A stretch of 64,000 bases of DNA from Eledone cirrhosa (lineage: Eukaryota). Within the stretch, counting starts at the first letter, position 1. Each line of letters opens with the position of its first letter. Below the pieces are notes generated by a model. It was given only the letters and a program-made list of their open reading frames with translations, had not been told where the DNA came from and did no database searches. This document shows, piece after piece, positions 15,405 through 28,700 of this stretch. Both the position numbers and the translations under genes were made by a program. Location: the NCBI GenBank assembly GCA_964016885.1, contig OZ024741.1, forward strand, positions 16,678,001 through 16,742,000, in the 5' to 3' direction.

Positions 15405-15832
15405 TGTAGTAAGAGTTGCCTCCCCTGCCACGACAATCGAATCGCTGTTCTCTAGACAGGAAGTAGGTGGAGTTGCTTCCCTTTGGGATTGACCAAACTC
15501 CCTAGTGGTCACTTCCGGTCAACAGAGATAAAAGGAGCGATTTACCGCGAAATCTCTCTCTCGCCTCCTGAAGTGGTAACATCTTGGACCATAGCTGGTG
15601 ATTCTTTCTGGACGACCCTTTCGTTACCAGCACAATGCAGCTTACCAGCCTGAGATGAGAGCGCCAAGATATTTCTACCAACTTCAGAATGGTATTATTG
15701 CCATCGGGTAACAACCCTTTACATTATACGCCTTTGACTTCTATGAAGTAAAACTTTATCACACACACACACACACCAGTACTCTTTGTCTTTTATATTA
15801 TGTTGCATGTGCACTGATATTTATTTCCTAAA
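15405..15832 (+). repeat. 5' LTR (TGTAG...CTAAA)
   Basis: Direct repeat of 21105-21535. Confidence 0.95.
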
Positions 15833-15833
15833 G

Positions 15834-15852
15834 TGGTGACCCCCGACGTGAT
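15834..15852 (+). promoter_or_regulatory. Primer-binding site complementary to the tRNA-Trp 3' end
   Basis: TGGTGACCCCCGACGTGAT versus animal tRNA-Trp ...ATCACGTCGGGGTCA-CCA (one extra C in the run). Confidence 0.85.
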
Positions 15853-15909
15853 ATTTTTTTTTTCTCAATGGGAAGTGGTATACGGTGTATCTGATATGAT
15901 ATAAGACAC

Positions 15910-15941
<32 letters not shown>

Positions 15942-16314
15942 TATAACACCTACAATTATTGACACGCAGACAAACCACAATTCTATAAATGTTTTCACCA
16001 TTCTCTTTTCTCTCCTTTTTCTGCCTTTCGCTTCTCTCGCAAAAAAAAAATTTATGAGGATGACAAGATGGAGTCTCTCTTCTCTTTAAATAGTGTTTTG
16101 GTGTGAAATAGTTCGCCATGTTGTATTTTTTGGGGAGTTGAGTTTTTAGGCCCCCGAAATTAACGTAGATAACAGCATTCAAGTAATCGCTTGTTCGCAC
16201 ACTGTCCCGGATGCATTAGTTTTCCGGTTCAGTGCTCTGACGAAAGATTTTAGTTTCCATTTACTGTTACCTTAGAGACATTTTTCCCAAACGGTAGATT
16301 ACTACGGCATACCA

Positions 16315-17102
16315 ATGGCTTCCCACTCTGTTCTGCCAACGTACACGGGCGACGTAAGGTTGTGGTTCTCGCAATTAGAAGCTTTCTTCAGGGCAAACAG
16401 AGTCGATGAGGAACTACAGCATTCTGTGGTCCTCACTGCCATTCCGCCGGCAATTCTCCCAGCGGTCAAGGACCTCGTGTTGGAGGCAACGACAGAGTCG
16501 TCGTACGCGTCTCTGAAGGCTGAAATAGGACAGAACAGTCGTCAGAGAAGAGATTTAGGGCTCTGGTCCACCTGGAGCACATAGGGGATGGCACACCATC
16601 GAACCTCCTTAGGCGGATGAAGGACCTAACGGAGGGGTCTGCAGCGGAAACTGCCCTGCTGAAGCAGTTGTTCTTTTCGCGCCTGCCGATGAACGTACAG
16701 GCAATTTTGGCCCCCATGAGGGATTCAAGCTCGGTTGAGCAGCTTGCCTCATCGGCGGACAAGATATTCGAGGTGATGAATGCCGGAGACAGCGACCCCC
16801 TCGACGCTGTTCAACACCCAGCTCGGACCACACACGGCCATGCGATCTACGCGGCAGCACCAACAGATAGCTTGGCTATCATTGCGATGCAAAGGTCCAT
16901 TCAGGAGCTCACCATGGAGCTCCACAAGATGAAGGCCTTGTGTGGTGGCTGTTCGCGCTCCCGCAGTCGCGGGAGATCGCAAAGTTTCAGACGGCGTTCC
17001 AAATCACCAGCTTCAGCCTTATGCTGGTACCACGAGCGATTCGCAGAGAACGCGAAGTACTGCGTGCAACCTTGCTCCTATCATAAGGCGGGAAACGCAT
17101 AA
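16315..17102 (+). pseudogene. gag: Gag, frameshifted near 16530-16580
   Basis: RLWFSQLEAFF, LFFSRLPMNVQAIL, RSRSRGRS tract, CWYHERFAENAKYCVQPC. Confidence 0.88.
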
Positions 17103-20100
17103 GAGGTCCTCTGAGGGGGACAGATGGCCTCAACATAAAGCCACCAAACCGCCATTTCTTCATTAAGGACCTAATATCCGGAAGAGGTTTCCTCGTGGAT
17201 ACAGGAGCCTCCTGTAGTATCTGGCCGGTCCATTGCCTGAAAGATACCCCCATAGAGTCATCTGTCACGCTGCAGGCAGTTAACCACTCGTCTATAAAGA
17301 TGTACGGGCAAATCTCGCTCCCTCTAAAATTCCTAAATCTTCGAAGGGATTTTAAGTGGATTTTTACGGTCGCCGATTTGCCATATCCCATCTTAGGAGC
17401 AGATTTCCTCCACAACATCTCTTTAACTGTGGACGTCCGTGGCCAACGCCTGGTGGATAACATCACCGGTTTTTCAATTCATGGCCAGGAAGCCAAGGCC
17501 CCAATAGTCAGCTCCGTGTTCTTTATCGCCGCCGCTGGTGACGCTTACCATGCGTTACTGGGTTCTTTCCCGGACCTCACGGATGGAAATTTTTGAGTCA
17601 CTGATCCAACACACTCGACCGAACATTTTGTTTCCACCACCGGTGCCCCAGTGTTTTCGCGTCCACGCCGCTTACCGACGGAAGAATTAAAGGCAGCACG
17701 GTCCGAGTTCGACCATATGCTGCAGCTGGGCATTATTCGCCCATCTACGAGTCCTTGGGCTTCACCGTTACACATGGTGCCCAAGACTTCCGGCGACTGG
17801 AGACCCACGGGGGATTATAGGAGGTTAAATGCCATGACCGTCCCGGATAGGTATCCCATTCCCCATCTCCACGATTTGGCATCTTCACTGCAGGGGTGTA
17901 AGATTTTTTCTAAGTTAGATTTAGTGCGAGCCTACCACCAAATTTTGGTCAGGAAGGAGGATAGTCCGAAAACTGCAATTACAACCCCTTTCGGATCATT
18001 CGAATTTTTGACCATGCCTTTCGGACTCAGGAACGCCGCTAGCACTTTTCAGCGGTTCATAGACGAGGTCACGCGTGGTCTGGACTTCATCTATGCTTAC
18101 ATAGACGATATTCTCGTCGCTAGTTCTTCTCCGGAAGAGCATATGCGCCACATGCTCCTCTTACTTCGGCGACTTCGGGATTACCGCGTTCGCGTGAATC
18201 CTGCAAAGTGTGTTTTCGGTTCCACTTCCCTACATTTTTTAGGCCACCTCATCGACGCCGAAGGTATTAGGCCGCTCCCTGAGCGAGTTCAAGCCATACA
18301 GGAGTTACCTCCGCCTACTACACTTCACCAGTTGCGTCACTTCTTAGGCCTAATCAATTTCTATAGGCGTTTCATTCTTCATTGTGCTAATTGGCTATCT
18401 TCCCTTACTGACATTTAAAAAAAAACGTCGTAAGAAGAATGAAGACATTTCCTTGACACAAGGACAGCTTCAGGACTTCCAGTCTGCCAAGACAGCCCTC
18501 GCTAGTTCTTCTTTGCTAGCCCACCCGGTACCAGAGGCCAAGCTTTCGCTTTGTGTTGATGCATCTAATACCGCTGTGGGAGCAGTTTTACAGCTGAAAG
18601 CCAACAACCTTTGGCATTTTTCTCGAGGAAGTTGAAACCAGCAGAAACGCGTTATAGCACGTTTGGGCGGGAATTATTAGCCATATATCTGTCGGTGAAA
18701 CATTTCTCTCATATCCTTGAGGGGAGAAATTTTACGGTTTTTACCGACCACAAACCGTTGACCTTCGCTTTGAGGGCCAAAGCCGACAGATATTCGCCCA
18801 GAGAGACAAGGCACCTGGACTACGTTTCACAATTTACAAACGATATCCAGCACATTGCCGACTCGCACAACATAGTTGCAGACGCATTATCTCGTTTGAC
18901 AATTAGCTCCATCTCGTCATCCCAGGATATCGATTTAGGTCGTTTAGCTGCAGACCAGCCTGCACTCCAATCGTTGGACACTCTTTCTACCGAATTTGCG
19001 ACTTGCATTTTCAAATATCTGCCCTTGTCCACCACCGACAGGCAGATCCTTTGTGATGTATCCACTGATGCACCACGACCACTTGTTCCTGAGACTCACC
19101 GTCGAATTGTGTTCCTAGCTCTGCACAACATTTCTCATCCAGGATCTGCTGCCACAGTTAAACTCATAACAGCCAGATTCTTCTGGCCTAATATAAGGCG
19201 CGACATTGCTGTTTTTTGCCGTTCCTGTATCGCTTGCCAGAAATCGAAGATCCATAGACACATCCGGACTCCACTGGGTACTTTCACCACTCCAGATGCC
19301 CGGTTCCAACACATCCACATTGACATCGTTGGACCTTGGCCATTCAGCAGTGGATATTCCTACATATTGACGTGTGTCGATCGTTTTTCGCGATGGCCTG
19401 AAGCCATCCCTTTACAAGACATGACTGCTGAGACTGTAGCACGTGCCCTGGTATCAGGGTGGATTACCCGCTTTGGGGTACCAACTACACTCACCACAGA
19501 CTGCGGTAGACAATTCGAGTCCCATCTCTTCTCTGAGCTCACCAAAATAATTGGAGCTCAACGGATTCGGACCACGGCCTATCATCCTGCTTCAAATGGA
19601 ATGGTGGAACGATTCCACCGCCAATTAAAGGCCGCTCTTTGTGCCTATCCAGACTCTCAACGTTGGAGCGAGTACCTTCCTATTGTGTTATTAGGAATTC
19701 GGTCATCAATAAAGGAGGACCTTGGGTTCTCCCCGGCCGAATTAATTTACGGTGCTCCTCTAGCATTGCCTGGGCAAATGCTTGCCCCTGTTGATCTTGC
19801 TTTCCAAGATCCGCTTTCCTACGTATCCCGTCTGCGTTCTTATTTACAGGACCTGCCGCCGATGGATACGAGGAAGCAAACTGTAAAACATGCGGTCCCG
19901 AGGGACATTGCCTCGTGGACCCATGTGTTCGTAAGGAACAATGCTGTGAGACCACCCCTCACACAACCATACTCTGGACCCTACCGTGTGTTAGCACGCA
20001 CTGACAAACATTTCACTGTAGACGTTAAGGGGTCCAGAGAGACAATTTCGGTGGATAGACTGAAAAGGGCACACGATGACGCTCATACACCCGAGCCACA

Positions 20101-20233
20101 AATACCCCAATCTTACACCATTGTGCATACACCTGCTCCTTCTGCCCCACCTTCACCTACATACAAGACTACGACCCGTTCCGGTCGGAGAGTTCACTGG
20201 CCCAAAAAGTTCTGCCAAACTATTTTTATGTGA
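17090..20233 (+). pseudogene. pol: Pol (protease, RT, RNase H, integrase) with a stop at 17594 and frameshifts near 18415 and 18610
   Basis: [55 protein letters not shown] finger, HIDIVGP, NGMVERFHR, GPY. Confidence 0.93.
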
Positions 20234-20624
20234 ACTGGCCATTGGAGCCTTATATATATATATATATATTTTTTTTTTTGCTGTTCTTATTTATTGATTT
20301 ATTGTATTGAAATGTACCTCTCATTACCATTTCACTGGATGTATATATATGTTTTTCGTTTCCTTTACAACGAACATTTTAAGCTATATTCTTCTATTTG
20401 CCGGTTTATAAATTTACAATGTAAATTTACCGTTGATAACCGCGCATTTAGTAAGAATGCTTATTTCTCTGGTCGCTGGCCTCTGGACCCTTCCAGGTCA
20501 ACGCATTCTCAACATCGACCATCAACTTCGGCTGCTATTTCTAGCACTTTGCGCAACTCATTTTTTCTGAAAAAATTTTTTTTTTACTGTGAATTTAAAC
20601 ACCGAATACGCTCACTCAGCGAGA

Positions 20625-20642
20625 CAACAGCAACAGCAATAT

Positions 20643-20676
<34 letters not shown>

Positions 20677-20805
20677 ATACAACAGCAATATAACAGCAAC
20701 AGCAGCAGCAACAGCAACAGCAATATAACAGCAACAGCAATACAGCAGCAACAGCAATACAGCAGCAGCAGCAACAGCAACATCAACACAGCTTCACCAA
20801 CAACC
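20625..20805 (+). repeat. CAA/CAG low-complexity repeat in the Gypsy 3' UTR
   Basis: (CAACAG)n interrupted by CAATA(T/C)A. Confidence 0.9.
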
Positions 20806-21104
20806 AAAGCCAGAGAATTTATTTTTGCAGCACTCTTCCTGTGAGAAAATCCATTCGGAGGTTGGAAATTTCACGATATACCACAGAACAGAAACCACCT
20901 GCATTCATTCTCTGGAACACACTTTCTTTCCTGCTGTCATGTGATTGCACATCTGTGAACTATATTTTGTACATTTGAACTTTTGACCTCTTTTCTTACT
21001 TCCATTACTCTGTACCATAGTTTTCATGCCTCTTACATGCTCGCCATCTTACTCCATGCATGCTTCTTTCGATTTTTATGTTTTAAAAATCTGGTGGGGG
21101 GTAT

Positions 21105-21535
21105 TGTAGTAAGAGTTGCCTCCCCTGCCACGACAATCGAATCGCTGTTCTCTAGACAGGAAGTAGGTGGAGATGCTTCCCTTTGGGATTGACCAAACTC
21201 CCTAGTGGTCACTTCCGGTCAACAGAGATAAAAGGAGCGATTTACCGCGAAATCTCTCTCTCGCCTCCCGATTCCTGAAGTGGTAACATCTTGGACCATA
21301 GCTGGTGATTCTTTCTGGACGACCCTTTCGTTACCAGCACAATGCAGCTCACCAGCCTGAGATGAGAGCGCCAAGATATTTCTACCAACTTCAGAATGGT
21401 ATTATTGCCATCGGGTAACAACCCTTTACATTATACGCCTTTGACTTCTATGAAGTAAAACTTTATCACACACACACACCAGTACTCTTTGTCTTTTATA
21501 TTATGTTGCATGTGCACCAATATTTATTTCCTAAA
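21105..21535 (+). repeat. 3' LTR, preceded by polypurine-like tract ggtggggggta (~21093-21103)
   Basis: Differs from the 5' LTR by about four substitutions, a 7-bp indel and CA-run length (by eye). Confidence 0.95.
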
Positions 21536-22493
21536 TATATATGTGTGTGTATGTATGACCTCACTCTCAAGAGCGTGAAATTAATAAACATTTGTTTGTT
21601 CTGCCCCTCTGTTTTGTTCCCGTTCAATTTTTCCTTATATATGTGTATATGTGTGTGTGTGTATATATATATATATGTGTGTATGTATATGTATGTATAT
21701 ATATATATTTATATAAAGAATTAAAAAGAACAGAAAGATGCAGTAAAAGAGATTTATTCGGTTCTTACGTACGTTTCAATAGACATCTATTTGCCTAGAT
21801 CTCGCTACATCTATAATATTATATATTTAGTAGAGCATTCGATATCCAATGCACAATCGATCCCATATCATCAGAGATTATATTTATATATATATATATA
21901 TATATACATATATATGTGTGTATGTATGAGTGTGTATGTATATGTGTATATGTATATATATATATATAAATATATTTATATGTGTGTATATGTGTATGTG
22001 TTTATGGGTGCGCGCGAGTGTGTGAGTGAGTGTGTTTTGTGAATGTGTCTGTTGATTTTTGGCATATAGTTGAATAGTTTAAGAGAAATTTGAAGATAAT
22101 TGTGAGATATGCACTCAATATTTTGAATTTGTCTACAGAATTCTCTAAACCTTTGTCACTTAGTAGAACCTTAATGAATTTAGCTTTTAAAGAAGCTCCC
22201 TTTCCTTTAAATCTATCTACCATGACTGACCCCCCACTGATCTTATAGACACCTGTTAGCTTAAGAGAAACTTAATAATAAGGAGTGGCATGCCATCCTG
22301 AACCTGTTTATAGAATTCTGTCTGCCTTTGTTACTCTAAAAACAAAAATAAATAAAAATAAACTATAGCTTTGTAGAATTAGCTTTTAATGAATTCCCTT
22401 TTCTATCAACCAATGACCTACACCCATCCCACTCCCCACCCTCTCCTACCACTTGTAGAGACCTATAAATACCATACTTACTTTTTGATACCC

Positions 22494-22544
22494 AGATTCC
22501 TGATGATTTCTAAAGAATGAAACAGTTCTAGTCCTGTAGAATCT
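22494..22544 (+). ncRNA. Minimal type I hammerhead ribozyme (second copy, 3' pseudo-LTR)
   Basis: Identical to 7162-7212. Confidence 0.85.
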
Positions 22545-22560
22545 CATCTATATTAAAACT

Positions 22561-23034
22561 ATATATTATATATATATTTATATATATTATATATATTATA
22601 TATATATTATATATATATATATTATATATATATATAATATATATATTATATATATAATATATATTATATATATATATATTATATATATATATAATATATA
22701 TATTATATATATAATATATATTATATATATATATTATATATGTATATATATATTATATATATATATATATTATATATATATATTATATATGTATATATAT
22801 ATATATATTATATATATATATTATATATGTATATATATATAATATATATATATATATTATATATATATATTATATATGTATATATATATATATATTATAT
22901 ATATATATTATATATGTATATATATATATATATAATATATTTATATTATATATGTATATATATATATATATAATATATATATTTATATTATATATATATA
23001 TTATATATATATATTATATATGTATATATATATA

Positions 23035-23069
<35 letters not shown>

Positions 23070-23408
23070 TTATATATGTATATATATATATATAATATAT
23101 ATATATATATTATAGATATATATAATATATATATATATATATAATATATATATATAATATATATATATATTATATATGTATATATATATATAATATATAT
23201 ATATATATATTATATATGTATATATATATATATATATAATATATATATATATATTATATATATATATATATATATAATATATATATATTATATATATATA
23301 ATATATATATATATATTATATATATATATTATATATGTATATATATATATATAATATATATATATATTATATATATATATATTATATATATATATAATAT
23401 ATATATAT
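22561..23408. repeat. Interrupted (TA)n array
   Basis: Direct reading. Confidence 0.97.
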
Positions 23409-24369
23409 AGCAAGCAAACAGCCACAGGAAACAAGTACCACCAATCTCTGGGAGGGCCCTGTAGAAACAGTAGACAGCTTCTGCTACCTAGGTGACCGAA
23501 TTAGCAACGGAGGTGGGTGCTCAGAAAGTACAATAACTAGGGTAAGAACGGGATGGAAGAAGTTTAGGGAACTACTACCACTGCTAGCTGCAAAAGGCTT
23601 CTCCCTCAGAATGAAAGGCAGACTGTATGATGCGTGTATCCGAACAGCGATGTTGCATGGTAGTGAGACCTGGGCGCTGAAGGTGGAAGACTTACGTAGA
23701 TTAGAGAGAAACGAAGCCTGCATGCTCCGATGGATGTGTAACAGTAATATACGTGAACGACAAAGCATAAATGAATTGAGAGAGAGACTGAGCATAAGAG
23801 GAATCAAATGCTGCGTGCAGGAGAGGCGGTTACGCTGGTATGGACATGTGATGCGTGTGAAGGATGACAGCTGCATAAAAAGGTGCAGAGCACTAGAAGT
23901 TGATGGAAACCGCGGAGTGGGGAGACCCAAGATGACTTGGGATGAGGTGATAAAAGCCGACCTTACCCAACTACACCTCTCAAAGTCAATGACACACGAC
24001 CGTGACTTCTGGCGTCACGCAGTAATACAGGGTACCCGACCTCCCATGGGTACATGCTGAAGCATATAAACAATATGCCCCCCCCCCCCCCCACCGCAAG
24101 GTGGTCGTGGAGGTGCCACGGCAAAAAAGCACCCAGCCCGCACTGTAAAGTGGACGTGTAGGCGCCACGAAAAAGCACCCAGCACTCACTGTAAATGAGG
24201 TTGGTGTTAGGAAGGGCATCCAGCTGTAGAAATCAAGCCAGATCAGTTCCTGTATGAGCAAGGCATGGTCAGCCAACCAGACACTGCCCACAACAGGACA
24301 ACCCGTCTAACCCATGCTAGCGTGGAAGAACGGACGTAAAACGGTGATGATGATGACGATGATGATGAT
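23409..24369 (+). mobile_element. RTE family B copy 2, 5'-truncated
   Basis: Matches 13300-14253; (gat)n tail; TA arrays on both sides. Confidence 0.95.
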
Positions 24370-24462
24370 ATATATATATATATATAATATATATATATTA
24401 TATATATATATAATATATATATATAATATATATATATTATATATATATATAATATATAATAT

Positions 24463-24494
<32 letters not shown>

Positions 24495-24549
24495 ATATAT
24501 AATATATATATATATGATATATAATATATATATATATAATATATAATAT

Positions 24550-24581
<32 letters not shown>

Positions 24582-24603
24582 ATATATATATATAATATAT
24601 ATA

Positions 24604-24635
<32 letters not shown>

Positions 24636-25105
24636 ATATATATTATATATATATATAATATATATAATATATAATATATATAATATATATATATAATATA
24701 TAATATATATATATATATAATATATATATATAATATTATATATAATATATATATATAATATTATATATAATATATATATATAATATTATATATATATATA
24801 ATATTATATATAATATATATATATAATATTATATATAATATATATATATATATTATATATAATATATATATATATATATATTATATAATATATATATATA
24901 TAAATATATATATATATGATATATATATATATATTATATATATAATATATATATATAAATTATATATATAATATATATATATAAATATATAATATATATA
25001 TATATATAAATATATAATATATAATATATATAATATAATATATATATATATAATATATATATATAATATTATATAATATATATATATAATATTATATAAT
25101 ATATA
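24370..25105. repeat. Interrupted (TA)n array
   Basis: Direct reading. Confidence 0.97.
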
Positions 25106-25651
25106 TGGTGTACTCATGTAAATCGTAAAGTACAAATTTTTCTCTATCCATTCCACGCTCAATTTCGTACATAGTCCAAACATCCAATCTCGCAAAATCC
25201 GAAATCTGTATTTTTTGTTATCTATTTAAGGTTTAAATACGGTGTTTTTGTCGTATTGAACAGAACAAATCTTGCAGTTTTGCTTTTTGTTAAATCGCTT
25301 GTTAAACATTCATAACCTTCCAGCTCATCAATTCATTAATTCTATCGTATTCTCCAATTCCTTAATTCTATCGTATCCCCAAACAAAAAAAAAAAAAAAA
25401 AAAATCCTTCCCATTCTTAATTCTATCGTATCGTCCAATTCCTTAATTCTATCGTATTCTCAAACAAAAAACAAAATCCTTCCCATTCTACTTCTTATAA
25501 ATCACTTTAAATATATATAGTATGCTACTTGAAAGTCAAAAAATCCGCTCCACCCCTTCACCCTCCAGCTACTCCACGAGGGGCTGCGGTCAGCCACAAT
25601 ATCTCTCCCCCTTCCCCCCCCTCTCTTTCTTCCCCTCTATCTCTCTCTTAG

Positions 25652-25702
<51 letters not shown>

Positions 25703-28700
25703 AGATAAGTTCTCCTTCATGTTTATTCACTTTCGCCAATCCACCGCTGCTTCAATTATTTCTACCACGGTGTACTCATGTAAATCGTAAAGTACAAATT
25801 TTTCTCTATCCATTCCACGCTCAATTTCGTACATAGTCCAAACATCCAATCTCGCAAAATCCGAAATCTGTATTTTTTGTTATCTATTTAAGGTTTAAAT
25901 ACGGTGTTTTTGTCGTATTGAACAGAACAAATCTTGCAGTTTTGCTTTTTGTTAAATCGCTTGTTAAACATTCATAACCTTCCAGCTAGCTACCCCACAC
26001 CCGTCCCTCCCGCCCCCACACACCACCATACTTAATACGCGGACCAATCATAAGCCAGAGCCCCCCCCCCACGCATCACCATCATTATTATAAGCCAGAG
26101 CCCCCCACCCCCACGCATCACCATTATTATTATTACGCGGACCAAATCATAAGCCAGAGGCCTATACTATCGCTTGCCCGGTTGCCTTCGATATATGGTG
26201 GATGGATAGATGGACGGACGGACTGCGGAATCCTGGAGAGTGGAAGGGAGAGAAAAATCTGGACGCTCAGAGCGAAAATGCCAATGCTAAAGTCAAATTC
26301 ACCTCGTGGACGAGAATGCGAGCACTCCTCTTTGTTTCGCCCGCGGATGGCTAACATAACCCCATCAACCCCCCGCCCCCCACCACCCCCACCCTCCAAA
26401 CGCAATCCAAAACTTCAGAGTTGGTACCATAAATGTAGGCACCCTAAAGGGTCGCGCTAACGAGGTTGTAGAAATGCTTGAACGTAAGGAGGTCGATGTT
26501 TGTTGTATTCAAGAGACCAGGTGGAGGGGTGGGTCTGCTAGATTCATTGAGGGTAAAAAACGATGTTATAAGCTTTTCTGGGTGGGAAACGACGATGGGC
26601 TGGGTGGAGTAGGAATCATGGTAGCAGAAAAGTGGGCAGATAAGATAATAGACGTGAATAGAGCGAACGACAGAATAATTAAAATACGACTTGTCCTCAA
26701 TAGAACTACGGTGACAGTAATATCTGCGTACGCACCCCAATCCGGACTGCCCGGCACTATAAAAGACAGATTCTATGAGACACTGTTGCTAACTACCTCC
26801 CAAATATCTGACAGTGACTATATAATTATTGCAGGCGACCTAAATGGTCACGTTGGACAACATTGTGACGGCTACGACGAAATCCATGGAGGCTATGGGT
26901 TTGGTACTAGAAATGAGGAAGGCTCCAGAATCCTGGAATTCTGTGATGCAAATAACCTAACTATCTGTAACACTAACTTCAAAAAACGTGACAATCACCT
27001 GATCACCTATAGATCCGGGGAACACACAAGCCAGGTAGATTATATCCTTACCAGAAGACGTGACAGAGTGTCTGTTGTAAACACTAAATCCCTCCCCCAT
27101 GAAGAATGCACCTCCCAACATAGACTGATAATTAGCGACCTCATAGTCAGGACGAGACGTACTCGACAGCAGAAGAGGACTATCCTCAGGAGGAAAATAT
27201 GGAAACTAAAGGACCCCACAGCCAGAAATAAATTTCAAAGCATATTACTTGATGCTTTCGACAGTAAGGAAGAGCATCTAGAATCGGACAATATAGAGGG
27301 ACAGTGGGAATTTCTGAAAGCAAACCTGCTGTTGGCGACAGACAAAGTCTGTGGCTGGAGCAGGCCTGTAGGCAGGAGGAGAGTAACATGGTGGTGGAAC
27401 AGTAGGGTGGAGGGGTCAATTAAGGCCAAAAAGCAGGCTTGGAAAGTATGGCGGGATGGGGGAAGTAGAGTAGACTATCAAGTGGCCAGGAGGGAAGCTA
27501 GGAGAGAAGTGTACTTAGCAAGAAGGGAAGCTGAGGAAAGAAAGTTCAAGCATGTTCTACAACGCGATGACCAAAAACGTGAGGTGTTCAGGATTGCCAG
27601 GCAATGCGTCAAGGAAAACCGTGATATTGTCGGGGAGAAGTGTGTACTTAACGATGATGGCATACTTGCCATCACCGACACTGATAAGAAGGTAGCTTGG
27701 AAGTGTCACTATGAAAGGCTACTAAATGAGGAGAATAAATGGGAGAAAGACAGTCTCCCCCATATCGACCCAATAGAGGGACCAGCAGTGTTAGTCGAGG
27801 GGAGTATAATAAGTAAGGCAATCAAGGATATGAAGACGGGTAAGGCGGCTGGGCCTTCGGAAATAGTTGCTGAGATGCTGAAGGCATCTGGCACGGTGGG
27901 ACACACCATGGTCACCCGCATAGTTAACCAAGTCGTACAGAATGGGGTTGTTCAGAAGGACTGGCATAGCAGCATCATCGTTAACTGTTATAAGGGTAAA
28001 GGAGACGCCCTAGATAGGAGTAACTATAGAGGCATTAAATTAATCGACCAGGTCATGAAGGTCACGGAAAAAGTAATAGCGCAACTAATCAGAGAGAGAA
28101 TTGACCTAGATGAAATGCAGTTCGGGTTTGTGTCAGGCAAAAGCACCACAGACGCTCTTTTCATAGTACGACAACTACAGGAGAAGTACCTAGCTAAAGG
28201 TAAACCCCTCTACTTAGCTTTTGTCGACCTGGAGAAAGCCTTCGACAGAGTCCCCCGCTCCATTATCTGGTGGGCTCTTAGAAAACTAGGTGTTGACGAA
28301 TGGCTTGTGAGGGCTATACAAGCCATGTATAAAGAAACAGTCAGCAAGGTTAGAATTAACAACGAATATAGTGAAGAGTTTAGCGTAAAAGTTGGCGTCC
28401 ATCAGGGCTCTGTTCTCAGCCCCCTACTATTTATTATTGCCCTTCAGGCTATAACAGAGGAGTTCAAGACAGGCTGCCCATGGGAACTCCTATACGCAGA
28501 CGACCTGACACTCATAGCGGAATCAATGGCCGAGCTAGAGAAGAAATTCCAAACATGGAAGCACGGCCTAGAGTCAAAAGGACTTAAAATTAACCTGGCT
28601 AAGACCAAAGTTCTAGTTTGTAGGAAAGAAAACAAGGCGGCGGTCCCTTCTGGGAAATGGTCGTGCTCGGTATGTAGGAAAGGCGTAGGTAGAAACTCCA

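Larger units (their letters stand above)
15405..21535 (+). mobile_element. Full-length Ty3/Gypsy LTR retrotransposon, CsRn1-like, decayed; 4-bp TSD TATA
   Basis: Two ~430-bp LTRs, PBS, PPT, gene order gag-PR-RT-RH-IN, CHCC-type Gag knuckle CWYH-x9-C-x3-C. Confidence 0.95.

Noticed and set aside
20625-20805. Polyglutamine or env-like third ORF in the Gypsy element
   Set aside because: The CAA/CAG phase shifts repeatedly and there is no long ORF or envelope signature.
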